From Haloferax volcanii DS2 (GTDB taxonomy: Archaea > Halobacteriota > Halobacteria > Halobacteriales > Haloferacaceae), in the NCBI RefSeq assembly GCF_000025685.1, contig NC_013966.1, forward strand, positions 603,787-635,786: 32,000 nucleotides of DNA, given 5' to 3'. Under the pieces are notes generated by a model, which made no database searches, was not told where the DNA came from, and was given only the letters and a program-made list of their open reading frames with translations. Of this stretch, positions 1 through 8,854 are shown piece after piece. The stretch's first letter is position 1; every line of letters starts with the position of its first letter. The translations under genes and the position numbers were made by a program.

Positions 1-31
1 ATTTATGGATGTAATCCGCAACCCCTGAGAC

Positions 32-451
32 ATGGTAAGAGAACGGTCCACCGGGCAGGACCCAGAGACGACGACTGACGACGACGTCGGTAGACGCAAA
101 TACCTCGCGCTGTGCGGGTCGGTATCGGCCGCCGGCGCGCTCGCGGGCTTCTCTGGGCTCGGCTCGGCGACGGAACAGACAGGCGAGTCGGCCGACGGCG
201 ACGGGCACACGCTCGTCGTCGCCGGCACCGGCTCCGTCTCGTCGTTCGAAGTGACGGTCAGCGGGTCCATCTCACCGCTCCAGTCGAACGGCGCGCTCAG
301 CACGACCGGAACGGTCGGGCCCGCCGCCGAGGGAACCGTCAGCGACGACTCGCGGCGCTACCAGTTCGCGGGCGACATCACCGACTTCCGGTCGACCGAC
401 GCGGTGTCGGTCTACGTCGACGGCGTCCGCGTCCCCGAACACTCCTTCTGA
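32..451 (+). CDS. Secreted hypothetical protein with twin-arginine (Tat) signal
   Basis: 139-aa ORF. The N-terminus GRRKYLALCGSVSAAGALAGF has an RR motif plus a hydrophobic region. The mature part is acidic and Thr/Ser/Gly-rich. An A/T box ATTTATGG at 1-8, about 27 nt upstream of the ATG, fits a leaderless haloarchaeal promoter. Confidence 0.6.
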   Translation: MVRERSTGQDPETTTDDDVGRRKYLALCGSVSAAGALAGFSGLGSATEQTGESADGDGHTLVVAGTGSVSSFEVTVSGSISPLQSNGALSTTGTVGPAAEGTVSDDSRRYQFAGDITDFRSTDAVSVYVDGVRVPEHSF

Positions 452-504
452 GCGCCGCCGAGCTGCTCGTTGTTTTCACCCGACGACAGCGGCGGCGCGA
501 GGCG

Positions 505-1116
505 CTACGACCGCATGTAGCCGCGGAGCCACTCGGGCGTCACGTCGTCGAAGACCACGGTCTTCCCGCCGTGTTCGGCGACGAACCCGTCGGCGTCGGA
601 CTCCGACGAAAAGGGAATCAGGTCTTTACCCATTCCTCCGAGCACCTCGCTTTCGACGACGTAGGTCATCTCGGTGGCGTCACCGAACGTATCCGCGCCG
701 GTGGGCGTCGAGATGAACGTGTCGCCGCCCTCGGTCGAGAGTTCGTAGTCGACCGTCGAGTAGTCCGTGACGTACACCGCCGTCGCCTCCCAACCCCGCT
801 CCCGGTGTTCGAAGTAGTACGGGAACAGCCCCATGCTGAGGGTGTGGAACCACGCCGGGTTGTCGTGGCCCTCGGGCGCATTGTCGCGGTAGAAAATCTG
901 TCCGTTCGGGCCGGCGTGGAGGCCGATGACCATCCCGCCTTGGTCGTCTTCCTTCCCGCCCGAGAGGTCGACCGGTTCGGGCGTCGGCCCCGCGTTCGAA
1001 CCGCCGCCGAGACAGCCCGCGAGGGCCGCGAGCGCGCCGAGAGAGACGGCTTTCGTCGCGGCGCGGCGCGTGAGCGAACCCGTCGAACCGTCGCGCGGCG
1101 GAGAGTCGTGATGCAT
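505..1116 (-). CDS. NosL-like (copper-chaperone family) Tat lipoprotein
   Basis: 203 aa. Tat-like RR plus lipobox LAGC (TRRAATKAVSLGALAALAGCLGG). GGMVIGLHAGPNGQIFYRD...HDNPAWFHTL...YVTDYS resembles the haloarchaeal proteins annotated NosL, as I recall them. Family assignment is by eye only. Confidence 0.55.
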   Translation of the reverse strand: MHHDSPPRDGSTGSLTRRAATKAVSLGALAALAGCLGGGSNAGPTPEPVDLSGGKEDDQGGMVIGLHAGPNGQIFYRDNAPEGHDNPAWFHTLSMGLFPYYFEHRERGWEATAVYVTDYSTVDYELSTEGGDTFISTPTGADTFGDATEMTYVVESEVLGGMGKDLIPFSSESDADGFVAEHGGKTVVFDDVTPEWLRGYMRS

Positions 1117-1232
1117 CGTCGCTTGCGCGGAGGTCGGGCGTCACGGTACATAAACCGTGAGAACGGTCGCTCGCGTGCGCGAACTGAACTACCCTCGGGC
1201 GAGGAGGCGGACGGGTCACAAAATCGAGGGCT

Positions 1233-2558
1233 TCAGGCGACGATGCGCGCGCCCTCGACGAGCGAGCGAACGTCCTCGAACAGGCGGTCGGCGTCGTCCT
1301 CGTCGCGGGCCTCCGCCGTGATGCGGACCAGCGGTTCGGTCCCGCTGGCGCGGACGAGGAACCAGCCGTCGTCGGTGTCGACGCGGATGCCGTCGATGGT
1401 GTCGACCTCGTCGTAGGTCGCGTGGATGTCGCGGGCGATGCGGTCCACCGCCTGGTGTTTGTCGTCGAACGAGAGGCTCGCGCGACGGGTGGCGTACCCC
1501 GCGCCGCCGAGGTCGGCGACCTGTTCGGACAGCGGCGCGCCCCGGGCCACGAGGTCAGCGAGTGTGAGCGCCGCGTAGTGGCCGTCGGGGGCGAGCGTCT
1601 CGTCGGGCCAAATCCACGCGCCGGAGGGCTCGCCGCCGAAGACGTAGCCGGGTTCGGCGACCGCCTCGGCGACGTGGACGTCACCGACCGGGGTGTAGGT
1701 GACGCGCCCGCCGGCGGCCTCGACCACGTCCTGCACGAGGAGGCTCGTATCGACGGGGACGGCGACGGCGTCGCCCGGAGAAACGGCGTCCCGCGCGAAC
1801 AGCGCGAGCAGCGCGTCGCCGGGGACGTACGTGCCGGTCTCGTCGACCGCGACGAGTCGGTCGGCGTCGCCGTCGTGGGCGAGGCCAACATCCGCGCCGA
1901 GCGCGGGGACGGTTCGGCGGAGCGCCGTGAGCGTCTCGGCGTTCGGCTCGCTCTTTCGGGCGGGGAACCGACCGTCCTGCTGGGCGTCGATGGTGTTGAC
2001 CGTCGCGCCGAGTTCGTAGAGCGCGTCGACCGAGACGCGGCCCGTGCCGTTGCCGAGGTCGAACGCGACGGACACGTCGTCGAGGTCGTCGAACGACGAG
2101 ACGAGGTGGCTCACGTGGCGGGTCGCGGCCTCGGGCCACGCGCGCTCTTCGCCGTGTTCGTCCCACGCGGCGAGCGACACCTCGTCGCGGTTGAGCCGGT
2201 GGACGATATCGCGCGTCTGGGCCTTGTCGAAGGCGCGGCCGCTGGGCGTCCAGAGCTTCAGGCCGTTGTCGGCGGCGGGGTTGTGGGACGCGGTGATTCC
2301 GATGCCGGCGTCCGCGCCGGCCCAGCCGACCGCGCGGGCGACCGTCGGAGTCGAGGCGACGCCGAGTCGGACCACGTTCGCGCCGCACTCGCGGACCCCG
2401 GCGCTCACGGCGTCAGCGAGGACATCGCCGCTGAGCCGAGCGTCCTGGCCGACGACGACGGTGCAGGCGTCGCAGCCGACCGCGCGGCCGATTCGAAGGG
2501 CGAGTTCGGCGGTCACGGTTCGGCCAACCGGACCTCTGATTCCACTCGTTCCGAACAT
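1233..2558 (-). CDS. Phosphohexomutase (phosphoglucosamine mutase / phosphomannomutase family)
   Basis: 441 aa. N-terminal MFGTSGIRG, active-site serine loop GIGITASHNP and metal loop HDGDADR are classic alpha-D-phosphohexomutase motifs. Confidence 0.9.
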   Translation of the reverse strand: MFGTSGIRGPVGRTVTAELALRIGRAVGCDACTVVVGQDARLSGDVLADAVSAGVRECGANVVRLGVASTPTVARAVGWAGADAGIGITASHNPAADNGLKLWTPSGRAFDKAQTRDIVHRLNRDEVSLAAWDEHGEERAWPEAATRHVSHLVSSFDDLDDVSVAFDLGNGTGRVSVDALYELGATVNTIDAQQDGRFPARKSEPNAETLTALRRTVPALGADVGLAHDGDADRLVAVDETGTYVPGDALLALFARDAVSPGDAVAVPVDTSLLVQDVVEAAGGRVTYTPVGDVHVAEAVAEPGYVFGGEPSGAWIWPDETLAPDGHYAALTLADLVARGAPLSEQVADLGGAGYATRRASLSFDDKHQAVDRIARDIHATYDEVDTIDGIRVDTDDGWFLVRASGTEPLVRITAEARDEDDADRLFEDVRSLVEGARIVA

Positions 2559-2741
2559 ACCGTGGGAGACGGTGACAGGACGTTTTGGTATGTTTCGCCT
2601 ACTGTCACGACCGGTCGGTCAGGCGGCACCTACCGCGAACGCTGACGAGTCTCGCGGGGTCGGCGCACCGAATCGGGGCCGCGTCGCCGCTCGTCGGGGC
2701 GAGTGAGCGGTGAGTGGTCGGCGGTTAGGCGGCGAGTCGCC

Positions 2742-3056
2742 TCACTGGAGGGGCTGGGAGTCGCCGATGGGGACCACTTCGATAGAACCGAGCGCGTCGA
2801 GCGTCACGCGGTAGCCCGCGTAAGAAAACGAGAGAATCGCGTCTTCGGAACAGCCGAACACCGTTTCGAGGGCGTCGGGGTCGATAGTCCGTGCGAGCGG
2901 CGGAAGCTGCGTGGGGCGGACGCCCTCGATTGCCGCAATACTCAATACAACGTTCGTGCTGAGGAGTTCGGAAGAATCGCGGTCGACCCGGTATGAGCCG
3001 GTCGACTCGTCGTACGTCACGCGCGAGTCCTTCCAGTCGTTCGTCTGTGCCATCAT
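2742..3056 (-). CDS. HalOD1 (halobacterial output domain 1) protein
   Basis: 104 aa, acidic. LPPLARTIDPDALETVF followed by ...ILSFSYAGYRVTL...G.IEV matches the stand-alone HalOD1 pattern known from haloarchaea. Confidence 0.65.
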   Translation of the reverse strand: MMAQTNDWKDSRVTYDESTGSYRVDRDSSELLSTNVVLSIAAIEGVRPTQLPPLARTIDPDALETVFGCSEDAILSFSYAGYRVTLDALGSIEVVPIGDSQPLQ

Positions 3057-3232
3057 GGGTGCCTTAACAGGCGTCTGTGTGCGACGGTGACCCTTAAATC
3101 CATGCTATTTGTGAACAGTTGTAATTCGTGACTGTCACGGAATCGAACGGATACAGGAGTGGTACTCGACGCGGGGAATCTGGTGCCGAGCATACACAAT
3201 CAAAAACCATGATAGTTTTGCGGTGACGACGG

Positions 3233-3874
3233 TCAGCCCTGTCGGGCACGAAGGGTTTGGACGGTGTCTTGCGCCTCTTCGACCGTGATTTCGCGCTTGT
3301 AGAGCGCCGAGCCGGGCTCCAGCAGTTCGCCGCCGGAGACGAGACCGCCGACGTCGACGGGGCCGAATCCGATGTCACGGATGAGGCCGGCGACGCGCGC
3401 TTTGGCGTCCGAGTCGTCACCGGCGAGGAAGACCGCGAGGCGCTCGGATTCGGGGAGGTCCGGGTGGCCGAGGTCCCGGAGCGTCTCCCAGTGGATGGTG
3501 TTGAACGACTTGACCAGCCTCGCGTCCGGGAGTTGAGACGCGACGAGCTCCGAGGAGGTGTCGTCGCCGAGGTCGATGACGTGGAAGTTCTCCGTGTAGG
3601 GGTTCATCGCGTCGACCACGATTTTCTCCGCGAACCGGGCCGCGTCGGGCAGCGAGTCGCGCTCGCGGAACGGAATCGCGAGAAAGACCACGTCACCGAA
3701 CCGAACGGCTTGCTTCGGTTCCACCGGGCGCAGTTGCGGGCCGAGCGTCTCCGAGAGGTCTTCGAGCGACTCGACTCCGCTGTCGTTGGCTATCGCCACC
3801 TCGTGGTTCGACTCCACCAAAAGCTGGGCCAACGTCCCACCGAGTCGACCAGCACCGAGGATTCCTATATCCAT
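3233..3874 (-). CDS. NAD(P)-binding oxidoreductase, F420_oxidored / NADPH-dependent F420 reductase-like family
   Basis: Rossmann N-terminus MDIGILGAGRLGGTLAQLL and overall ProC/NpdG-like layout. The track ORF starts at a TTG at 3880. The ATG at 3874 (MDIGILG) is the more likely start. Confidence 0.7.
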   Translation of the reverse strand: MDIGILGAGRLGGTLAQLLVESNHEVAIANDSGVESLEDLSETLGPQLRPVEPKQAVRFGDVVFLAIPFRERDSLPDAARFAEKIVVDAMNPYTENFHVIDLGDDTSSELVASQLPDARLVKSFNTIHWETLRDLGHPDLPESERLAVFLAGDDSDAKARVAGLIRDIGFGPVDVGGLVSGGELLEPGSALYKREITVEEAQDTVQTLRARQG

Positions 3875-4022
3875 GAACAAAGATGTATGTTAACGAAGTT
3901 CAATCTTTGTGTGGTCGGGGGCGGAGCGACCGGTCACCAGCCGAACTGGTTATACTGCCGTTAAAATGCCGTATCGGCGGCTCAGACCGTCTCTATCGCG
4001 GGGCGCTCCCGGTGGCTGAGCG

Positions 4023-5336
4023 TCAGGCCCCGCCGGCGTACGCCGCGAACTCCTCGCCGCGGAGGGCGAAGTAGACCACGCCGACCGCGCCGACGAGCGA
4101 CGCGACCGAGAACGCGAGGGTCGGGTCGCGCGCGTAGAGCCAGCCGCCGAGCGCCGCGCTCGGGATGACGATGGTGTTTCGCAGGAGGTAGTACGCGCCC
4201 GTCACCCGCCCGCCGGCGTTTCGCTCCGCCGGGCCGACGATGAGCGCCTTGTGCGCGGGGAGGCCGGCGAACCGGAGCCCGGAGAACGCAAAGAGGGCGA
4301 CGACGACCCACTGGTCCGCCGGCGCGAAGATGAGGAGGACCGGGAACATCGCGTACACCGAAAATCCGAGGGCGACGACCGGCTTGAGCCCGGTCCGCTC
4401 GGCGAGCTTCGAGACGGGGAGCTTCGTCAGGAGCGCGACCACCATCTCCACGCCGAGGAGGACGCCGAAGAAGGCGTCCGGGCGGAGCGAGACGCCGAAG
4501 CCGGTGAAGCCGACTTCGAGGAACTCCGTGACGACGATGACGAAGAAGACGTACACCATCCCGTTGGCGAACCGGATGAGCGTGTCCGCGACGAGGAGCG
4601 GCCGGAGCGTCTCGGGGAGCGACCGGAGGTCGTCGCGGAGCTGTGCGAGCCCCTCGAACGACCTGCCCAGCGAGTCCTCGCCCGCGTCGTAGAGGAGGTG
4701 CTGGGCGACGGTGGCGACGATGCCGAACGCCGCGGCGACGATGAGAACGTACCGAAAACCCTCGACGAACGTCGCCGTCGCCGCCAGCAGCGCGGCCGCG
4801 ATGAGCGGCCCGAGGAGGAAGCCGATGCGGCGGAAAATCTCGGTGCTGGCGAACCCCATCGCCAGCCGCTCCGGCGGGACGCTCTGTTTGACGATGGCGA
4901 ACGTCGCGCCGAGGCCGAACGACTTCCACGCCTGCGTGAGAAACAGGCCGACGAAAATCCAGAGCCACGGTTCGAGCGAGACGCCCGCGAGCGTCACCTC
5001 GGGGACCTGCGGGGCGACGAACCAGAAGAGAAAGCCGGCCGACGAGAGTGTGCCGAACAGCGTGAGCGAGAGGCGAGACCCGAGTCGGTCGGAGAGCGCG
5101 CCCCCCGGATACGGGTACAGCGCCCCGATGAGGTTGCCGACGCTCCCGTAGAGACCGACGACGGTCGCGCCGGCTCCGAGCACTCGGAGGTACTCGGGGA
5201 CGTATCGGCCGGTCATCTGAAACGAGAGACTGAACGCGAACATCGCCACCGAGAGGACGAGCACGTCGCGTTCGAGCCCGATGAACTGCCGAAAGGAATC
5301 GAAGCTATCGACGGCGGCGTCCCGACGCGTATTCAT
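4023..5336 (-). CDS. MFS transporter
   Basis: 437 aa, about 12 predicted hydrophobic helices. An MFS-like loop GALSDRLGSR follows TM2. The start ATG overlaps the upstream ORF's stop (ATGA at 5333-5336). Confidence 0.85.
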   Translation of the reverse strand: MNTRRDAAVDSFDSFRQFIGLERDVLVLSVAMFAFSLSFQMTGRYVPEYLRVLGAGATVVGLYGSVGNLIGALYPYPGGALSDRLGSRLSLTLFGTLSSAGFLFWFVAPQVPEVTLAGVSLEPWLWIFVGLFLTQAWKSFGLGATFAIVKQSVPPERLAMGFASTEIFRRIGFLLGPLIAAALLAATATFVEGFRYVLIVAAAFGIVATVAQHLLYDAGEDSLGRSFEGLAQLRDDLRSLPETLRPLLVADTLIRFANGMVYVFFVIVVTEFLEVGFTGFGVSLRPDAFFGVLLGVEMVVALLTKLPVSKLAERTGLKPVVALGFSVYAMFPVLLIFAPADQWVVVALFAFSGLRFAGLPAHKALIVGPAERNAGGRVTGAYYLLRNTIVIPSAALGGWLYARDPTLAFSVASLVGAVGVVYFALRGEEFAAYAGGA

Positions 5337-5578
5337 CGTCCGAGTGGTTCGCGGGAGCGTTCAAGAAAGTACGGTGCGGTCGGCTCAGTCGTCGCGCCCC
5401 GGTAGTCCATCGCGCCGACGACGTGCGGCGGCGAGTCCGGCAGCGAGCGCGCCGATGTGCGGTCGATGATTTCGGTGACGGCGTCGAGGACGACGCAGTA
5501 CCGTTCTTCACCGAGTTCGAATTCGAGGACCTGCGTCGGCTCCGCGAGCGCGCCGTCGGGCGCGTCGGTGAGCGACAT
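5333..5578 (-). pseudogene. Truncated CheW-like ORF (N-terminal half of a CheW domain, unrelated tail)
   Basis: 81-aa ORF. QVLEFELGEERYCVVLDAVTEII...LPDSPPHVVGAMDYRG matches the first half of CheW domains. Similarity ends near 5398, and the ORF runs on to a TGA overlapping the MFS ATG. Confidence 0.5.
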
Positions 5579-5761
5579 CTACGCACCCCGGGCGGTCTCG
5601 TCGACGAGGCTCGCCACCTCCCCGGTGCTCGCGGCCTGCTGGTCGGTCGCGCGGGCGACCTCCTCCGCGCCGGCGGCACCGGGGCCGGAATACGCGTCGT
5701 GCTGTCGGGAGGCGGGACCGTCTCCGGCGGCCGGCTCCCGGTCGTTTCGCTCGAGTTCCAT
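5579..5761 (-). pseudogene. Relic of a methyl-accepting chemotaxis transducer (signalling-domain fragment)
   Basis: A 60-aa ORF from the internal ATG ends in EEVARATDQQAASTGEVASLVDETARGA. This resembles the conserved ATxEQxASTEEVxxMVDE segment of Htr/MCP signalling domains. No N-terminal sensor, HAMP or methylation helices are present. Its stop abuts the CheW-like ATG. Confidence 0.45.
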
Positions 5762-6061
5762 ACGAACGAGTGTGAGAGTAAAGTGATAAGTATTCGCGAG
5801 CAGTATCAAACGAGATAACCTCATATTGCCGCTAATTGCCTCGAGGCGGCCTGAGAGGACAGATACGGGAAGGATATTGCGATATAGATACCAGACTACC
5901 GGCGCTGATAGAACCGGAAATCGTCGGGTCGTGGTGAAATCAGTTGTGCCGTCAAGGTCGGCGTCGCGGCGGGGGCTCTCCGGAGTCGCAGCCGGGCTCT
6001 CCGGAATCACCCCGGAGTCGGCGCGACCGGGGTTCGGTGGGAGGGCCGAAGCGAGGCGCGT

Positions 6062-7047
6062 TCAGGTCAGTCGACGGCCGACGGCGACGGCGACGAAGCC
6101 CGCGAGCGCGACGAGGACGATGGAGCCGCCGGCGGCGAGCCCGTAGAGGTACGCGACGGTGACGCCGGCGAGGCCGGCGAGTTCGCCCGCGAGAACGCCG
6201 TACAGGAGCGACTGCTTGAAGCTCCGACCGATCCGGGAGGCGGTGACGACGGGGATGACGAGCAGCGCCGCGACGAGGATGACGCCCATGATTCGCATCG
6301 CGCTGACGACGACGAACGCGGTGAGAATCGACAGGAGCGTGTTGACGGCGCGGACGTGGAGCCGCGAGGCGCGGGCGGCCGTCTCGTCGAACGTGACGTA
6401 GACGAGCGGCCGGTAGGCGACCGCGACCGAGCCGACGACGACGAGCCCCATCGAGACGAGGAGGCCCACGTCGGCCCGCGAGACGGTCGCCAGCGAGCCG
6501 AACAGATACTGGTTGATGCCGACCGAGATGCCGCCGCCGGTCAGCGAGATGAGCACGCTCCCGAGGGCGAAGCCGCCGGTCAGAACCATCGCCAGCGCGG
6601 CGTCGCTCCGGGCGTCGGTGTACTCGATGAGCGCCTGCACGACGAGCGCCGCGACGACGGCGACGACGAGCGCGCCGAGGAGCGGCGGGACCGCGAGGCC
6701 GAGCGTCGCGTCGAGAAAGAGCGCGAGCGCGACCCCCGCGAAGGCGGTGTGGGCGAGCGTGTCCCCGACCATCGAGAGGTCGCGATAGACGAGGAACGAC
6801 CCGACGAGCGGGCCGACGACGCCGATGCAGAGCACCGAGAGGTACGCCCGCTGCATGTAGGGATAGCCGAGGAAGTGAGGCCGGTGACGCCGGCGAGCCA
6901 CGAGAACGCGCCGCCGACGACCGCCGTCAGGAACCAGTCGAAGAGTCCCGTGAGCGCGTCGGTCACGAGGAGCGGCGCGAGGGAGTCGGCCGCGGAGAAC
7001 TCGACCGCGAGGAGGTCGGTCGCCGCGAGCGCGACGGGGCCGGTCAC
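6062..7047 (-). pseudogene. znuB: Metal ABC transporter permease (ABC-3 / ZnuB family), reading frame interrupted
   Basis: The frame from 6901 gives FLGYPYMQRAYLSVLCIGVVGPLVGSFLVYRDLSMVGDTLAHTAFAG..., typical of ABC-3 permeases. A second frame starts at GTG 7047, overlapping the ATPase stop as GTGA. It encodes a plausible N-terminal extension (...LFDWFLTAVVGGAFSWLAGVTGL). The total span is 986 nt, which is 3n-1, so the two frames need a 1-nt correction near 6870-6900. Confidence 0.7.
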
Positions 7048-7820
7048 GACTCGTCCTCCGGTTCGGCGTGGGCGTGGCCGTGACCGTGGTCGTGGTCGAG
7101 CACGCGCTGGTTCGCGCCGTAGGCCGCGGCGAGGGCGTCGCTGTCGGCGAAGTCGTCGGGGTCGCCGTGGAAGTACAGCCGCTTGTTGAGACAGGCGATT
7201 CGGGACGCGCGGGTCGTGACGACGCCGATGTCGTGTTCGACGAGGACGACCGTCATCCCCTGTTCGTTCAGGTCGCCGAGGAGGTCGTAGAACGCCTCGC
7301 GGGACTCGGCGTCGAGGGCGACCGTCGGCTCGTCGAGCGCGAGCAGGTCGGCTTCGGCCGCGAGCGCCCGGGCGACGAAGACCCGCTGGCGCTGGCCGCC
7401 GGAGAGCGCTCCGACCCGGCGGTCAGCGAGGTCCGCGATATCGACGCGGTCGAGCGCCGCGGCGACCACCTCGCGGTCGGCGGCCGAGAAGCGGCCGAAC
7501 AGGTTCCGCGGGTAGCGCCCCATCCGAACGACTTCGCGGACGGTGACGGGCATGTCGCGGGCCGCGTCCGTCGCGTCCTGTGCGACGTAGGCGACGCGCT
7601 CGCCGTCGGAGAACTCGTGGGCGGGGCGGTCGAACAGCCGCACCTCGCCTCGGGTCGGGCGTTGGAGGCCGAGCATCAGCGTCAGGAGCGTGCTCTTTCC
7701 CGACCCGTTCGGGCCGACGAGCCCGAGGAACTCGCCTTCGGGCACGTCGAGCGAAACCCCGTCCACGACCGGGACGTCGCCGTACGAAAAGGTCACGTCG
7801 CTGAGCGAGACGGCCGTCAT
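7044..7820 (-). CDS. znuC: Metal ABC transporter ATP-binding protein (ZnuC-like)
   Basis: Walker A GPNGSGKST, signature LSGGQRQR and Walker B LLALDEPT. His-rich C-terminus DHDHGHGHAHAEPEDES. The start MTAVSLSDVTFSYG at 7820 overlaps the SBP stop (ATGA), so the longer track start at 7901 is rejected. Confidence 0.9.
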   Translation of the reverse strand: MTAVSLSDVTFSYGDVPVVDGVSLDVPEGEFLGLVGPNGSGKSTLLTLMLGLQRPTRGEVRLFDRPAHEFSDGERVAYVAQDATDAARDMPVTVREVVRMGRYPRNLFGRFSAADREVVAAALDRVDIADLADRRVGALSGGQRQRVFVARALAAEADLLALDEPTVALDAESREAFYDLLGDLNEQGMTVVLVEHDIGVVTTRASRIACLNKRLYFHGDPDDFADSDALAAAYGANQRVLDHDHGHGHAHAEPEDES

Positions 7821-8824
7821 TGCGCGCCGAGCGCCGTCCGGAGCGACGGGAGGTTCACCTCGCGCATGATGTCCACGTACCCCCAGTCGTTTTCCTCCCA
7901 CTCAGTCATTACGCCGGGAAGCGGCGTGAGCGGGAGCACGTTTTCGGCGTCCGTCTCGGAGACGAGTTGTTGCGCGGCGCGGTCGGACTCCAGCGGGTCG
8001 ACGAGGACGTGTCGGATACCGTGTTCCTCGATGGTCGCCTGCGCCCGCTCGATGTCCCGCGGCGACGGCTCCTCGTCGGGCGAGATGCCGGTGAGCGCGA
8101 CGATGTCGAGGTCGTAGCGGTCGGCCAAGTAGCCGTAGGCGTCGTGGCCGGCGACGAGAAGCACGTCGCGCTCGCGGTCCGCGAGGCCGTCTTCGAATGC
8201 GGCGTCGAGTTCCGAGAGCGTCTCGCGGTAGGCGTCGGCGTTGGCGGCGTAGGCGTCGGCGTTCGCGGCATCGACCGACTGGAAGGCGTCGCGGAGCGTC
8301 TCGGTCGCGGTGGCGACCCGCGTGGGGTCCAGCCAGAAGTGCGGGTCGAGTTCGCCGTGGTCGTGCGTCTCCGACTCCTCGGCGTGCTCGTCGTCGTGGA
8401 CGTGCCCGTCCGCGCCGATTTCGTGGAGTTCCACGTCGGCGGAAGCGTCGACTTCGGAGACACCCGAGTCGTCGGCTTCGAGCGAGGTGCGGATGTCGTC
8501 GGCCCACGGCTGAAAACCGGGCATTCCGTGGACGAACAGGTCGGATTCGAGCACCCGACCCTGCACGTCCGGGCCGGGCTCCCAGCCGTGGCCGTGCTGG
8601 CCGATGGGGACGAGCGTCTCGACGGACGCGGCGTCGCCAGCGACGTGGCGCGCCACGTCCCCGAAGACGAAAAAGGAAGCCGTCGCCGTCGTCTCCGGGG
8701 CGGCGGGTGAGTCGGTCGAACCAGCCGAATCGGACGAGTCATCACCGCCGAGACAACCCGCGAGGCCGACGGCGGCGCTTCCGGCGACTGTCGCGAGGAA
8801 CCTGCGTCGGGTCTTCGTTCGCAT
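7817..8824 (-). CDS. znuA: Metal ABC transporter substrate-binding lipoprotein (ZnuA/TroA family)
   Basis: Tat plus lipobox MRTKTRRRFLATVAGSAAVGLAGCLGG. Cluster A-I SBP motifs (GHGWEP, LDPHFWLDP). The acidic His-rich loop HVHDDEHAEESETHDHGE is typical of zinc-specific ZnuA. Confidence 0.85.
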   Translation of the reverse strand: MRTKTRRRFLATVAGSAAVGLAGCLGGDDSSDSAGSTDSPAAPETTATASFFVFGDVARHVAGDAASVETLVPIGQHGHGWEPGPDVQGRVLESDLFVHGMPGFQPWADDIRTSLEADDSGVSEVDASADVELHEIGADGHVHDDEHAEESETHDHGELDPHFWLDPTRVATATETLRDAFQSVDAANADAYAANADAYRETLSELDAAFEDGLADRERDVLLVAGHDAYGYLADRYDLDIVALTGISPDEEPSPRDIERAQATIEEHGIRHVLVDPLESDRAAQQLVSETDAENVLPLTPLPGVMTEWEENDWGYVDIMREVNLPSLRTALGAQ

Positions 8825-8845
8825 GTTATTAGAAATCTTCTTAGA

Positions 8846-8854
8846 GATAATAAG
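8846..8854 (-). promoter_or_regulatory. Probable TATA box of a leaderless znuA-znuC-znuB transcript
   Basis: The minus strand reads CTTATTATC, centred about 27 nt upstream of the znuA ATG (8824). It lies in a roughly 65-nt strongly AT-rich block (8825-8890) within otherwise GC-rich DNA. Confidence 0.45.

Noticed and set aside
112-1891. Very long ORFs (for example 112-1416 +, 680-1891 -, and similar ones throughout: 4251-5405, 7068-8117, 7909-8745, 14281-15564, 17640-19388, 22096-23625)
   Set aside because: They overlap well-supported genes in other frames or antisense. They encode Arg/Pro/Gly/Ser-rich low-complexity sequence unlike the acidic proteome and contain no motifs. Such open frames are an expected artefact of high G+C DNA.
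3094-3420. 108-aa ORF spanning the AT-richer spacer upstream of the HalOD1 gene
   Set aside because: It overlaps the oxidoreductase gene antisense. It is Ser/Arg-rich with no motif, and the spacer is better explained as a promoter region.
5973-6010. Direct repeat GGGCTCTCCGGA x2 with embedded CTCCGGAG palindromes downstream of the znu operon
   Set aside because: It is short and GC-rich, and sits just past the operon's 3' end. It is most simply a termination or secondary-structure region, and nothing further supports a special role.
7821-7901. N-terminally extended starts offered by the ORF track (znuC to 7901, flavoprotein to 13709, TetR to 10990, 12-TM protein to 21856, kinase from 23063, nuclease-like from 15665)
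   Set aside because: The extensions are Arg-rich and non-halophilic, and they overlap upstream genes. They are replaced by internal starts that give family-typical N-termini, often with ATGA/GTGA coupling.
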